A DNA stretch of 64,000 nucleotides from Candidatus Levyibacteriota bacterium (GCA_963790825.1 CAWBPM010000004.1:94987-158986); one strand, 5' to 3'. Shown: positions 49,182 through 59,937, numbered from the stretch's first letter. Notes: generated by a model from the sequence alone, not told the origin. Translations and numbers: made by a program.

Positions 49182-49232
49182 ATTACTTTTGGAAATTATG
49201 AAATTGAAATGAGAAAGGACGGAGCTTGCATC

Positions 49233-50414
49233 TCATGATGTTTTTGCTCTCTCTAATGCCTCGATCCCGGGGAGTGTGCCGTTTTCAATAAACTCGAGCA
49301 TCGCGCCTCCACCGGTTGAAATATGGGAAATCTTTTCCAAATATTCCTTCTTGGAAATGGCAGCGAGTGTTTCTCCGCCTCCTATGACCGAAAAAGCCTG
49401 AGTATTTTGGCTGATTGCATAATAAATAAAATCAGTCCCCCTTCTGAAAGCCGGATTTTCAAAGTAGCCGACAGGACCATTCCAGACAATAGTCTTCGCC
49501 TCTAAAATTACTGATTCAAAATGCGCCTGAGTATCCGGACCAATATCTAAAATTATTGCCTCCGGTGGGATGCTTCGGATACTAACGACATTACCCGTAT
49601 CAGCGGTTTCTGAGTCAGCTACAATAACATCGGTTGGCAGCAGGATATCTGTATTGTTGTCGCGTGCTATTTGCAAGAGACGCTTCGCTTCATCCAGCTC
49701 GGTTTCCTCACAGAGGCTTTTCCCAACCCGAATCTCCTGAGCAAGCAAAAACGTATTTGCCAATCCGCCGCCCAAAATAACGCAATCTGCTAGCGTTGTT
49801 AATTTACTAATTAGTTTTATTTTTGTTGAAATCTTACTTCCGCCAAGAATTGCGACAAACGGCTTTTCCGGATTATTGGTCAAACGAGAAAGAGAGCTAA
49901 CCTCTTTTTTTAGAAGTAATCCGCCGTAAGAGGGGAGAAATGACGTTACTCCGACAATTGATGCTGCGATTCGATGGGAAACACTGAACGCATCGTTAAC
50001 ATAGATGTCGGCAAGGAGGGCTAACTCATGGGAAAAGTCAGGATCATTTTCTTCTTCTCCCGGATAGAAGCGGATGTTTTCCAGAAGTAAAATTTGAGAC
50101 GCTTGTTGAGTAAGAAAAATATCTTTTTGGGTTAAAAAGTCATCTACGAGAACCACGCTATTTCGGGGAAGAAGGGACGCAAGATCTGCCGCTACTTTAC
50201 GAAGCGAAAACTCAGGATCGCGTTTCTCCGGTCTGCCCAGATGCGACACTATAATCAGCTGGTTGTTATTTTTTGATAAATAGGTAATTGTCGGAATAGT
50301 TTGCCGAATTCGTTCGTCGTTGGCAATGGAATGGTCGGGATTTAAAGAGACATTAAAATCAACCCGCAATAATACTCGTTTATTTTGTATGTCTAACTCA
50401 TCAATATATTTCAT
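49233..50414 (-). CDS. pgk: Phosphoglycerate kinase
   Basis: RVDFNV, SHLGRP, LLENIRF, VNDAF, WNGPVG.FE, HISTGGGA. Confidence 0.97.
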   Translation of the reverse strand: MKYIDELDIQNKRVLLRVDFNVSLNPDHSIANDERIRQTIPTITYLSKNNNQLIIVSHLGRPEKRDPEFSLRKVAADLASLLPRNSVVLVDDFLTQKDIFLTQQASQILLLENIRFYPGEEENDPDFSHELALLADIYVNDAFSVSHRIAASIVGVTSFLPSYGGLLLKKEVSSLSRLTNNPEKPFVAILGGSKISTKIKLISKLTTLADCVILGGGLANTFLLAQEIRVGKSLCEETELDEAKRLLQIARDNNTDILLPTDVIVADSETADTGNVVSIRSIPPEAIILDIGPDTQAHFESVILEAKTIVWNGPVGYFENPAFRRGTDFIYYAISQNTQAFSVIGGGETLAAISKKEYLEKISHISTGGGAMLEFIENGTLPGIEALERAKTS

Positions 50415-51735
50415 GATGCAATGTATATTTCTCTACAATTTCTCGGGTTTGGAAAACACGTAGGGCTTCAAAGATAAATAAAAGTTCCGTCTCGAGAGCT
50501 TTTAAAATCGGCTGTTTTTCTGCGCCTGAGAGATGGCAAAGATTTTCCCTGAAAGGACCAAGGGATTTTTTGCGCAGTTTATAAAAAAATTGCCTATTAT
50601 TCCATTCAGGCTTCCTCTCGCTCTGGCAATTTGCCGTGACCCAACTGTCCATTTCGGACAGAAGCGCTTTTGGTAGATTGTCAAAGATGATATTTTGAAA
50701 TCCGGTTGAAAGGTGAATCTCAAGTGTTCCGGCGTCAGGAAACTTAGGGAAAAGGTTTTTGGGTAGCGTCGAGGCGCCGTGTTGTACAACTCCTGCCATA
50801 TGATATTTGTCTCGTGCCAATTTTCCGATACTCTCAAGTAGTGGAAAATCAAGCGTTACTTCTTTAAGCGATCCGTCAGGCAGGGGAATGCCGCCATGGC
50901 TGCTGCCGGTTTGCACGCTGACTTTATTTATTCCTCTATTTTGTACTTGCCGTAGGTATTCTTCCATAAACGTAGTAAAGTCGGAAGAAGTGCTGTTTTT
51001 GTCGCCAATATGCCCAATCTCTCCTCCAATAGACACACTGATTCCCTGCGGTTGGTTCTCCTGGATAAAATTAGTCAGAGACGCAGTAACATAACTATTA
51101 TCTCTTTGCTGCTCGGGAATACTTGGCTTTCTTATATCAACGAGGGTTGAGCCGTCAATATCGACATTATAAAACTGAGCCGCAAGTGAATCGGCAGTAA
51201 GACTTCTAAGTTTCCCCATCTCCCCGTCCGGATTCGCATGATACTCCAAAGCATTTACCTGGTAATGATCACATTGGAGAAATACCGGCCCCACCCAGTC
51301 TTCTTTTATCGCGGCAGCCAGTATGCAAGTTGCGAAATCATCAGGGGTCTGAGAAGTATATTGCTGTTCGGAGCGAGCGATTTCAAAAATAAAAGCACCG
51401 ATATTATTTTTCTTTGCAAGCTGAAAAATCAAGCGGCCAAAATCGTAGGTCAGAGTTCGAATATTGATAGCAGGTACGGTAAAACCATGAACTTTCCCTT
51501 CGCCAATTGCCCGATAAAATTCATATGTAGAGGAGGGAAGAATACCAAGTGTTTCCGAGAGTTTACGAATAATCCATCTGGATTTTTTTTGTAAATCGCC
51601 ACTGGAAAAAATTGCAACATCAGCCAGTTTATCAATTGCCTCTTCTCGAAGTTTTAAGGAATCAACAATTTGAATGCTATTTTCCTCAAGGGTAAAAATA
51701 GATGAAAATTGAGATAGAAGATCGCTCGTATACAT
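50401..51735 (-). CDS. fba: Class II fructose-bisphosphate aldolase-like protein
   Basis: FTVPAIN, Q.DH, DIDGSTL, GGEIGHIG, SVQTGSSHGG, VQHGASTL; adjacent to pgk. Confidence 0.85.
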   Translation of the reverse strand: MYTSDLLSQFSSIFTLEENSIQIVDSLKLREEAIDKLADVAIFSSGDLQKKSRWIIRKLSETLGILPSSTYEFYRAIGEGKVHGFTVPAINIRTLTYDFGRLIFQLAKKNNIGAFIFEIARSEQQYTSQTPDDFATCILAAAIKEDWVGPVFLQCDHYQVNALEYHANPDGEMGKLRSLTADSLAAQFYNVDIDGSTLVDIRKPSIPEQQRDNSYVTASLTNFIQENQPQGISVSIGGEIGHIGDKNSTSSDFTTFMEEYLRQVQNRGINKVSVQTGSSHGGIPLPDGSLKEVTLDFPLLESIGKLARDKYHMAGVVQHGASTLPKNLFPKFPDAGTLEIHLSTGFQNIIFDNLPKALLSEMDSWVTANCQSERKPEWNNRQFFYKLRKKSLGPFRENLCHLSGAEKQPILKALETELLFIFEALRVFQTREIVEKYTLHHEIY

Positions 51736-51821
51736 AAACTGCGCTGTTTACTCAAGTAGTATAGCATACAAAGCAATGGTGATGGGTATTTGAATTAAAC
51801 TCCGGATTTTCATACTCATGT

Positions 51822-51851
51822 TTCCCGAACATGTCCCGATTTATTCCCGAA
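51822..51851 (+). repeat. 30-bp element with three TCCCGA at 11-bp spacing, copy 1
   Basis: TTCCCGAACATGTCCCGATTTATTCCCGAA; 28/30 identical to 54276-54305. Confidence 0.8.
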
Positions 51852-51955
51852 TTGCTGAAACCATGAGGCTATGTTACAATCCCTATATCAAGCTTTTTTG
51901 CTCCCGAGAGGTCTACGTTCTCGCGTCGCAAGAGCCTATGCAGGACAGGTAGCTT

Positions 51956-54082
51956 ATGGAAACAAAAAACAATCATCAGGAAATGGAGAAAAAATGGTAT
52001 GATTTTTGGGAGAAAAATGATTATTTCAAAGCAGATCCAAATTCTTCAAAAAAGCCTTACTCACTTTTGATGCCGCCGCCTAATCTAACGGGATCGCCGC
52101 ATCTGGGACATACAATGCAACACGCAATCCTTGACGCAATCGCCCGGTATAAAAGAATGCAGGGATTTGACGTATTGCTACTTCCGGGCGTTGACCATGC
52201 GGGTATCCAATTTGAAGGGACACTGACAAAACTTTTAGAAAAAGAAGGGTTGAGTAAAAGAAAGTTGGGTAGGGAAGCGTGGATGGAAAGAGCCTGGAAA
52301 TTTAAAAAAGAAAATTATATTGCATATCACGACACATGGAAAACTATTGGTATCTCGGCAGATTGGTCAAGGGAAGTATTTACACTTGATCCCCAAATAC
52401 AACGAGCCGTTCTGACAGAATTTAAATTATTTTGGGAGCAGGATTTGCTATATAAAGGAGCATATATTGTTCAGTGGTGTCCAAAGTGCGGTACGGCGAT
52501 TGAAGACGTGGAAATGGAGTACCAGGAAAAGAAAGAAAAACTTTATTATCTCAAATATGGTCCCTTAGTACTGGCTACAACACGTCCAGAAACAAAATTT
52601 GGCGATACTGCGATGGCAGTGAACCCAAACGATAAACGTTATCAACACTTAGTTGGTAAAGAGTTTGAAATAGAGACTCTCACCGGTAAAAAAATGATGA
52701 AGGTTATCGCAGACGATGCAATTGACCCTAATTTTGGAACTGGGGCAGAAAAAGTGACACCGGGACATGACGTGCTCGATTATGAAATTGGCAAGAGACA
52801 CAATTTACCAATTATCCAGGTGATTGATAAACAAGGACGTTTGACAGAGGCGGCTGGGAAATATGCAGGAATGAAAACTGCAGACGCACGACTTGCCATG
52901 CTGCCTGAGCTTCGCGAAAAAGGAATTTTGCTGAAAGAAGAAGATTATGTACACGCAGTACCGGTCTGCGAAAGGTGTAAGACGGTTGTTGAGCCAATTA
53001 TTTCAGAAGAGTGGTTTGTCAAAATGAAGCCATTAGCGGAAAAGGCCTTAGGAATCCTTAATAATATTAATTTTGTACCAAAGAATTATGAGAAAATCAT
53101 TTCCGACTGGCTTGAGAAAATACATGACTGGTCTATTTCGCGCAGTCAGTGGTGGGGGCACCGGATTCCGGTTTGGTATTGTCAAAAAAGTAATCCCGGT
53201 CATTTGGTTGGGAAAAACAAAGATTTACTTATTTCGCTTGAAAAACCAACAACTAAATGTAAAACCTGTGGAGTTGCAGAGTGGGAACAGGATGAACAAG
53301 TCCTTGACACATGGTTTTCAAGCGGTATGTGGCCGCTCTCCGTGCTTGGTTGGCCGGAGAAAACAATCGAATTGAAACGTTATTTTCCTTGGGATTTTGA
53401 AATCTCTGCACCCGAAATCAAATACTTGTGGATCAGTAGGATGATCATGTTAAGTTTACATTTTCAGGGTGAAATCCCCTTTAAAAATATGTTCTTCCAT
53501 GGGATGATTAGAGATCTACAAGGGAGAAAGTTTTCCAAATCTTTGGGAAACGGAATAGATCCTAATGCGCTCCAGATGGAGTGGGGAACAGACGCCCTGC
53601 GAATGGCCCTGTATAGCTATTCTGCGCCAGGAAGAGATGGCAAAGCGTCCCATCAAACAATGGATGCACGGTGTAAAAACTTCCGTAATTTCGCAACCAA
53701 ACTAAAAAACATTACCCGTTTTATTGTTGATTTAAAACCTGCAGACAATGCCGAAAAAACGGATCTTTCGCATCCCGATGATATTGCAATACGAAAAAGG
53801 ATGCGGGAAATTGTAAAAGAAGTAACAAGACAAATAGACACCTTTAATTTTCACTTAGCAACAGAGCTATTGTATAATTTCATCTGGCATGAATTTGCAG
53901 ATATGTATATTGAAAAAATAAAGACTCGACGCATTGAAGCGCAGCCCGTACTGGAAGAGTTACTTACAATTTGTCTACAATTACTTCATCCTTTTATGCC
54001 GTTTACCTCCGAAGAACTTTACCAAAAACTTCCCAAGCATAAGGACTCTATTATGGAAGAAGCTTGGCCTGCTTTATTTTGA
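51956..54082 (+). CDS. valS: Valine--tRNA ligase (short form)
   Basis: PPPNLTG..HLGH, ATTRPET..GDTA, GTGA.KVTP.HD, W.ISR..WWGHRIP, VLDTWFSS, KFSKSLGN. Confidence 0.96.
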   Translation: METKNNHQEMEKKWYDFWEKNDYFKADPNSSKKPYSLLMPPPNLTGSPHLGHTMQHAILDAIARYKRMQGFDVLLLPGVDHAGIQFEGTLTKLLEKEGLSKRKLGREAWMERAWKFKKENYIAYHDTWKTIGISADWSREVFTLDPQIQRAVLTEFKLFWEQDLLYKGAYIVQWCPKCGTAIEDVEMEYQEKKEKLYYLKYGPLVLATTRPETKFGDTAMAVNPNDKRYQHLVGKEFEIETLTGKKMMKVIADDAIDPNFGTGAEKVTPGHDVLDYEIGKRHNLPIIQVIDKQGRLTEAAGKYAGMKTADARLAMLPELREKGILLKEEDYVHAVPVCERCKTVVEPIISEEWFVKMKPLAEKALGILNNINFVPKNYEKIISDWLEKIHDWSISRSQWWGHRIPVWYCQKSNPGHLVGKNKDLLISLEKPTTKCKTCGVAEWEQDEQVLDTWFSSGMWPLSVLGWPEKTIELKRYFPWDFEISAPEIKYLWISRMIMLSLHFQGEIPFKNMFFHGMIRDLQGRKFSKSLGNGIDPNALQMEWGTDALRMALYSYSAPGRDGKASHQTMDARCKNFRNFATKLKNITRFIVDLKPADNAEKTDLSHPDDIAIRKRMREIVKEVTRQIDTFNFHLATELLYNFIWHEFADMYIEKIKTRRIEAQPVLEELLTICLQLLHPFMPFTSEELYQKLPKHKDSIMEEAWPALF

Positions 54083-54167
54083 GATTAATTAAATACTTAC
54101 GAAAAACTTGCGGAAAATGTCCGGGAAAGTGTTATAATAAAAGAGATATATAAAATATCTGTCCAAC

Positions 54168-54683
54168 ATGAAACAGTCAGCATTTACTAAGGCACAAAAA
54201 AGATGTTTTTATAAATACATCAATCGTCCTGAGGCTACAGCAAGGGTAAAAAAACTCTTGCACCCATCATTACAATTCCCGAATATATCCCGATTTATTC
54301 CCGAAAGAGCTGCGCTTTCCGCATTATCAGCCATAAAGATTTTTACAATAAATTTTCTTTGCGGGTTTTTGATCATGGCAATTTCTCTCCAGATCTATCA
54401 AGTAGCTCAGCAGATGCAGCAGGTTAAACAAATACAACAATACAGAGAACACATACAAAGTGAAATTGGCTATTGGCAGAAAATTACCAATTCCTATCAG
54501 GGTTACCGGGATGGCTATAAAGAACTTTCTTATCTGGAACAACAAATCGGAGATATAAAGCAAGCAGCTCTTTACCAACAAAAAGTATTGCTATTAGATC
54601 CCGGTTATCGGGAAACAAGTCCTATTCCGGCAGGAGAATCATCTCAGGAAAAACTTACTCGGACTTTGCAGGCTGTTCCGTAG
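54168..54683 (+). CDS. Hypothetical protein with TM and TPR-like C-terminus
   Basis: W..I...Y.GYRDGY..L..L....G....A......LDP; start uncertain. Confidence 0.6.
   Translation: MKQSAFTKAQKRCFYKYINRPEATARVKKLLHPSLQFPNISRFIPERAALSALSAIKIFTINFLCGFLIMAISLQIYQVAQQMQQVKQIQQYREHIQSEIGYWQKITNSYQGYRDGYKELSYLEQQIGDIKQAALYQQKVLLLDPGYRETSPIPAGESSQEKLTRTLQAVP
54276..54305 (+). repeat. 30-bp element with three TCCCGA at 11-bp spacing, copy 2
   Basis: TTCCCGAATATATCCCGATTTATTCCCGAA. Confidence 0.8.
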
Positions 54684-55326
54684 CGGGAGCCTCTGTGGGC
54701 GCGGTCTCTTCGGCTGCTTCTCCTTCTGTTGCTTCGGCTGCTGCTACTTCAGGTTCTGGCTCGGGTTCCGGCGCGGTAAGCTCTGATATCTTAACGACCG
54801 TCTGAGACGGATCGGTGAGAATGGTGACACCGGACGGAACGGATAATTGTTCGACGGTAATGTGCTCGTCAAGCGAAGCGAGGTTTTCAACGTTAACATC
54901 AATCTGGTCTGGAAGTTCTTCGGGAAGCGCTTCAACCTCAACTTCTGAAAGCGTTTGCAGTACCAGACCAACCTTGTCTGTCACTGCCTTTGCTTCGCCT
55001 GTGACAATCAAGGGAATCATTGCCTTAATTTTTTCTTTAAGATTTACCTGATAAAAATCAGCATGAAGCGGTGTGTGCGACCGTACGTCCATTTGTAAAT
55101 TTTTAATCAACACCGGGCGAAGCGTCCCTTCTGCCTCAACATCAATAATGCCAGTTTCTCCGACCTCTTTAAAAATCTTGCGAAATTCATCCAGTTTTAC
55201 TTGAACTGGGGTGGAAGCAATATTATTTCCGTAGATATTTGCAGGCATAAAACCATCTCTGCGCAATCTTTTTACTTTTTTACCGAGTATTTCTCGTGTT
55301 AAGACAATAAGTTTAGGATGTTTCAT
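54655..55326 (-). CDS. rplY: 50S ribosomal protein L25/Ctc
   Basis: GK.VK.LRR.G..PANIYG, H.DFYQV, VEALP..LP..I.V; acidic tail; start MKHPKL. Confidence 0.95.
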   Translation of the reverse strand: MKHPKLIVLTREILGKKVKRLRRDGFMPANIYGNNIASTPVQVKLDEFRKIFKEVGETGIIDVEAEGTLRPVLIKNLQMDVRSHTPLHADFYQVNLKEKIKAMIPLIVTGEAKAVTDKVGLVLQTLSEVEVEALPEELPDQIDVNVENLASLDEHITVEQLSVPSGVTILTDPSQTVVKISELTAPEPEPEPEVAAAEATEGEAAEETAPTEAPATEQPAKSE

Positions 55327-55411
55327 AAGTGCCTTGTATTGTAGTATAGATCCGGCTAAATTACAAGCTAAAGAAGTTAATAGGGGAGTATAATGGAGTA
55401 TAATAAGGTAT

Positions 55412-55900
55412 ATGCGAATTATAGGGATTGATCCGGGAATCGCAAGGACAGGAATAGGCATTATTGATGAAGAGAAGGGAAAAATCTCAGCCCTGCACTT
55501 TACTTGTTTGGAGACGCTTCAGGCTACGTCTCTACCAAACCGACTGCAAGAGATTTTTACTCAAACAACTGAAATACTAAAAACATATCGGCCGGATGTA
55601 TTGGCGATTGAAGAGCTATTTTTCAATACCAATGCCAAAACAGCTTTTATTGTCGGACAGGCTCGAGGTGTTATTTTATTAACTGCGGCAGAAAAAAATA
55701 TTCCGGTTGCTACATATACCCCGCTTCAGGTAAAAATCGCGGTTACCGGCTATGGAAGGGCTGAAAAAAAACAAGTGGGACAAATGGTACAAACAATCTT
55801 ACATCTGTCCTCTTTACCGAAGTTGGATGACACGACAGATGCATTGGCTGTTGCGCTTACTCACGCATTTTCTTATAGGATGTCATCTTCTCTTCGTTAA
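55412..55900 (+). CDS. ruvC: Holliday junction resolvase RuvC
   Basis: IIGIDPG, AIEELFF, GQARG, GYGRAEK.QV, DD..DALA. Confidence 0.96.
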   Translation: MRIIGIDPGIARTGIGIIDEEKGKISALHFTCLETLQATSLPNRLQEIFTQTTEILKTYRPDVLAIEELFFNTNAKTAFIVGQARGVILLTAAEKNIPVATYTPLQVKIAVTGYGRAEKKQVGQMVQTILHLSSLPKLDDTTDALAVALTHAFSYRMSSSLR

Positions 55901-55979
55901 TCCCCGTTAATTGAGATTAAACTGATTTATATTATTTTTTAGAAAACATCCTATGCTATAATCTGAATACTTCTCGTCT

Positions 55980-56552
55980 ATGATTGGCATGCTTAAAGGC
56001 AGAATTGAACTGCGACAGGATCCCTATATTATTTTGGATGTAAACGGTGTTGGGTATAAGGTGTTGGTTTCGCAAAACGTACTTGCAAATTTGCCGGAAA
56101 AAGAAAAAGAACTAAAGCTCTATATTTATACCCATGTTCGCGAGGACTTGCTGGAGCTGTATGGCTTTACAGACTATTTGGATCTTAAGTTATTTGAGCA
56201 ATTAATTGGAGTATCGGGAATAGGCTGTAAGTCGGCAATCGGTGTTTTCTCTGTAGGAAGTAGGCTAGAAATTATCCAGGCAGTTCTTCAGGCTAATGTG
56301 GCGTTTTTCACCAGTGTGTCACGTCTTGGTAAGAAAAATGCCCAAAAAATTATTATTGAGCTGAAAAGCAAATTGGGCGACACCACAGAAGTGGATTTAT
56401 CAGATAACACAGATGAAACTGAAGCAGTAGCTGCTCTGCGAAGCTTTGGTTTTACAACTAAGGAGGCTGCAGGTGCGCTCAGGGCTGTTCATGCAGACAA
56501 CCAAACAACAGCGGAAAAAGTCCGTCTGGCTTTAAAATATTTAGGAAAATAA
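55980..56552 (+). CDS. ruvA: Holliday junction branch migration protein RuvA
   Basis: MIG.L.G, VNGVGY, HVRED..LYGF, VSGIG.K, GKK.A..IIIELK. Confidence 0.96.
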   Translation: MIGMLKGRIELRQDPYIILDVNGVGYKVLVSQNVLANLPEKEKELKLYIYTHVREDLLELYGFTDYLDLKLFEQLIGVSGIGCKSAIGVFSVGSRLEIIQAVLQANVAFFTSVSRLGKKNAQKIIIELKSKLGDTTEVDLSDNTDETEAVAALRSFGFTTKEAAGALRAVHADNQTTAEKVRLALKYLGK

Positions 56553-56556
56553 CGAG

Positions 56557-57606
56557 ATGGATACGAAAATAAACAAAGAACAACAAACAGAGAGCGAACA
56601 GATAACACCTGAGGAGGAGGTGCTTCTAACCTCAGTCCGCGCGAAAAGTTGGGAAGAATATTACGGTCAGAAGGAGCTTAAGGAATCAATCATGATTGCG
56701 ATTGAGGCTGCAAAGAAACGGAAAGAAGCGTTGGAGCATATTCTTCTTTATGGTCCTCCGGGTCTTGGGAAAACGACACTTTCTCATATTATTGCCAAAG
56801 AAATGGGAGCAAAGATCCGGGTTACCTCGGGACCTGCAATTGAAAGAGCAGGAGATCTGGCATCAATCCTTACAAACCTAGAAAAAGGAGACATCTTATT
56901 TATCGATGAGATTCACCGTTTAAATAAGGTTGTTGAGGAAACACTCTATCCGGCAATGGAAGATTATGCACTGGATATTATTATCGGTAAGGGTCCATCG
57001 GCAAGGACCCTGCGGCTTGATCTTCCGCAGTTTACGATCATTGGAGCAACTACAAGGGTCGGACTTCTTTCAAGTCCATTGAGGGACCGTTTTGGTGTCG
57101 TTCATCGGTTAAATTTTTACAAACATGAAGAGCTCGAGCGAATTATTCTAAATGCTGCAAAAAAACTCCAGGTAAAAATTGACCCAAGTAGTGCAAAAGA
57201 GCTCTCAAAGAGAGCGCGCGGTACGCCGAGAATCGCTCTTAAGCTCCTGAAGCGTGCCAGGGATTACGCTCAGGTAAAAGGTAAAGGGGAGATTACCAGT
57301 GAATTAACAAGGGAAGCCCTGGAAATACTTCGCGTGGACACCTTGGGACTTGAAAACATTGATATCTGGTTTCTTGAAGCAATTATTAAAAAGTATAATG
57401 GAGGACCGGTCGGAATCGAAACAATTGCTTCAACGATCGCGGAAGACATTGGTACGCTTGAGGATATGATCGAGCCCTACCTGCTGCAAATTGGTTTTAT
57501 TAAGCGGACCCCAAAAGGTCGCATGGTAACAAAAGCAGGCTACGAGCATCTGGGAATTCCTTATCCCCAAAACCCGGATGATCCAAAACAGCAGCGTTTA
57601 TTATAG
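56557..57606 (+). CDS. ruvB: Holliday junction branch migration ATPase RuvB
   Basis: [42 protein letters not shown]...RTP.GR. Confidence 0.97.
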   Translation: MDTKINKEQQTESEQITPEEEVLLTSVRAKSWEEYYGQKELKESIMIAIEAAKKRKEALEHILLYGPPGLGKTTLSHIIAKEMGAKIRVTSGPAIERAGDLASILTNLEKGDILFIDEIHRLNKVVEETLYPAMEDYALDIIIGKGPSARTLRLDLPQFTIIGATTRVGLLSSPLRDRFGVVHRLNFYKHEELERIILNAAKKLQVKIDPSSAKELSKRARGTPRIALKLLKRARDYAQVKGKGEITSELTREALEILRVDTLGLENIDIWFLEAIIKKYNGGPVGIETIASTIAEDIGTLEDMIEPYLLQIGFIKRTPKGRMVTKAGYEHLGIPYPQNPDDPKQQRLL

Positions 57607-57644
57607 AAAAAATAGTAGTTGTTGACTGTTGAAATATTGGCAAC

Positions 57645-58316
57645 TCAAGCTAGCTGCTGAAGTATGATGACTTGCGAGTTAACAACATTTGTTTTAAACG
57701 TAGTTTCCGCATCAGAACACTTATCTCCCAGTTGTCTTTTATAATGTATCGGAATGGTGATTTTCGCCCCAATCGCATTCGCGGCAGCACTCGCTTCCGC
57801 TACGTCCATTGTATATGTCCCGCCAATTGGCAGCAAGGCAACATCCAATTGCTTCTCTTTTAAAGTTTGCATCTCGGGAATATAATCCGTGTCACCTGCA
57901 TGATAAATCTTTTTCCCGTTTAGATAAAAAACGTAACCCACCCAGTGACTGTCTTTCGGATGGAACATTAATCGGTCCGGGTGGATATTATATGCGGGAA
58001 TTGTTAAGAACCTGAAATCCTGGAGAGTATACTCTTTATTTGGTTCAACAGGAAATTGCCTCTTTGGATCCCAGGTAATTTTATCCAGGCAGTTTTGCGG
58101 TGCAATAATGATGCTGGTATTTTTGACTACTTTTACGATGTCAACTGGTGACAAATGGTCAGGATGCGCATGGGTAATAAATACCAGATCACCTTTTGGC
58201 AAATTTGCTTGGGTTAGCAAAAAGGGATCAACATAATAAATCTTGTTACCGGTTTTTTTGTCGGTAAAATAAAAGCCGGCATTTCCCAACCAAATAATAT
58301 CATTAAGATCATTCAT
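57645..58316 (-). CDS. MBL-fold metallo-hydrolase
   Basis: THAHPDH, YHAGDT, LPIGGTYTM, PIHY. Confidence 0.9.
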   Translation of the reverse strand: MNDLNDIIWLGNAGFYFTDKKTGNKIYYVDPFLLTQANLPKGDLVFITHAHPDHLSPVDIVKVVKNTSIIIAPQNCLDKITWDPKRQFPVEPNKEYTLQDFRFLTIPAYNIHPDRLMFHPKDSHWVGYVFYLNGKKIYHAGDTDYIPEMQTLKEKQLDVALLPIGGTYTMDVAEASAAANAIGAKITIPIHYKRQLGDKCSDAETTFKTNVVNSQVIILQQLA

Positions 58317-58404
58317 AAATTGAGTATAGAATAAACCCGAAAAAAAGTCTGTAAGAGAAAAGTAAATTTTTACTTTCTTAGCAATCGAAGAGGATTTATT
58401 TATT

Positions 58405-59937
58405 TTAATAAAGAGAGCTTTCTATTTTCGGGCGGTACTGCAGTGCTTCGGCAAGATGTTTTGGCAGAATGTTCTTTACACCTTCTAAATCAGCAATAGT
58501 TCTTGCGAGTTTAATCGTCCGATAATAAGACCTTCCCGATAGATTCATTTTCATAGCTGCCAGGCGTAGAAGCGCCAACGAATCCTCGGCTAAGGGGCAG
58601 AAAGCTTTTATATCTTTATTATTCATTTCGGCGTTACTCATAATTTTCGTTTTTTGAAACCTGGCTGTTTGTATATCTCTGGCGGATTGTACCCGCTTGC
58701 GAATTTCAGATGAAGATTCAATATTTTGAGTATCCTGCTCGGTCAGTTTTTCTACCCTTACCGCAGGTACGTCCAGATGAATATCGATACGGTCCAGAAT
58801 CGGTCCGGAAACCTTTTTATGATAACGCAATATTTGCGAAGGCAAGCATGTACATTCTCTTTTACTATCTCCTAAGTATCCACACATGCAAGGATTTTGT
58901 GCTGCGACAAGCATACACTTAGCAGGAAAGGTTACTTTTCCGTTTGCCCGAGAAATTGTGACAATGTTGTCTTCGATTGGCTGTCTGAGAGCTTCTAATA
59001 TTATGCGGGGAAATTCGGGAAATTCATCCAGAAACAATACTCCCCGGTGAGCCAGAGTAATCTCACCAGGCTTGGGGCTGCTGCTTCCGCCGATAAGTCC
59101 TGCCAGGGAGGTCGTGTGGTGAGGCGAACGAAACGGACGTTTTCTCATAATGCTTTCGCTTTGCAAAAGACCCGCTATGCTATAAATCTTGGTTACTTCC
59201 ACTGCTTCTTCAAATGTAAGATAGGGCAGAATGGAAGGCAAAGTTCTTGCCAGTAGCGTTTTGCCGGCACCCGGCGGACCCTTCATTAAAATATTGTGTC
59301 CTCCAGCTGCCGCTATCTCGAGTGCTCGTTTGGCAAGCTGCTGGCCCTTAACATCCTTCATATCAAAGTCAAAAATCTCCTCTTTATCACAATCGAAACG
59401 TAAAGGAAGTGCCGGTTGAATGGGCAATATATTGGTAAGGTGGTTGAAAAGACTAAGAAGTGAGGATACAGGATAAATCGTAAGCCCTTGGACAATAGCT
59501 GCTTCTTTCGTATTCGCTTCAGGGATAAACACCTCTTTGATATGCAGCTTTTGTGCAAGGAGGACTTGGGGCAAAACGCCGGTTGTACTTCTAACTCTTC
59601 CATCGAGCGATAACTCACCAGTAAAAAAGGCATTTGTAATATCCGCCTTAATCTGTTCAGATGCCAGAAGTATGCCAACGGCAATCGGCAGATCATACGA
59701 AGGGCCTTCTTTGGGTAAATCCGCGGGAGCTAAATTTACCGTAATCCGTTTTGCCGGAAAATCAGCTCCTGAATTTCGAATTGCCGAGCGGACGCGTTCC
59801 TTTGCTTCCTCAACTGCTTTATCGGGTAGCCCGACAATTGTAAATGAGGGAAGGCCTTGGGAGGCAATATCAATTTCAACTTCAACCGGGACTGCGTCAA
59901 TTCCGATAACAGCAGCAGATAATACTTTTGCGAGCAT
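58405..59937 (-). CDS. comM: YifB/ComM Mg-chelatase-like AAA ATPase
   Basis: VGLPD.AV.E..ERV, NLAPADLPKEG, GELSLDG, GPPGAGKT, PFRSPHH, AHRGVLFLDE. Confidence 0.93.
   Translation of the reverse strand: MLAKVLSAAVIGIDAVPVEVEIDIASQGLPSFTIVGLPDKAVEEAKERVRSAIRNSGADFPAKRITVNLAPADLPKEGPSYDLPIAVGILLASEQIKADITNAFFTGELSLDGRVRSTTGVLPQVLLAQKLHIKEVFIPEANTKEAAIVQGLTIYPVSSLLSLFNHLTNILPIQPALPLRFDCDKEEIFDFDMKDVKGQQLAKRALEIAAAGGHNILMKGPPGAGKTLLARTLPSILPYLTFEEAVEVTKIYSIAGLLQSESIMRKRPFRSPHHTTSLAGLIGGSSSPKPGEITLAHRGVLFLDEFPEFPRIILEALRQPIEDNIVTISRANGKVTFPAKCMLVAAQNPCMCGYLGDSKRECTCLPSQILRYHKKVSGPILDRIDIHLDVPAVRVEKLTEQDTQNIESSSEIRKRVQSARDIQTARFQKTKIMSNAEMNNKDIKAFCPLAEDSLALLRLAAMKMNLSGRSYYRTIKLARTIADLEGVKNILPKHLAEALQYRPKIESSLY

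Noticed and set aside
51740-51955. T-box riboswitch upstream of valS
   Set aside because: Leader too short; no T-box antiterminator consensus or terminator U-tract.
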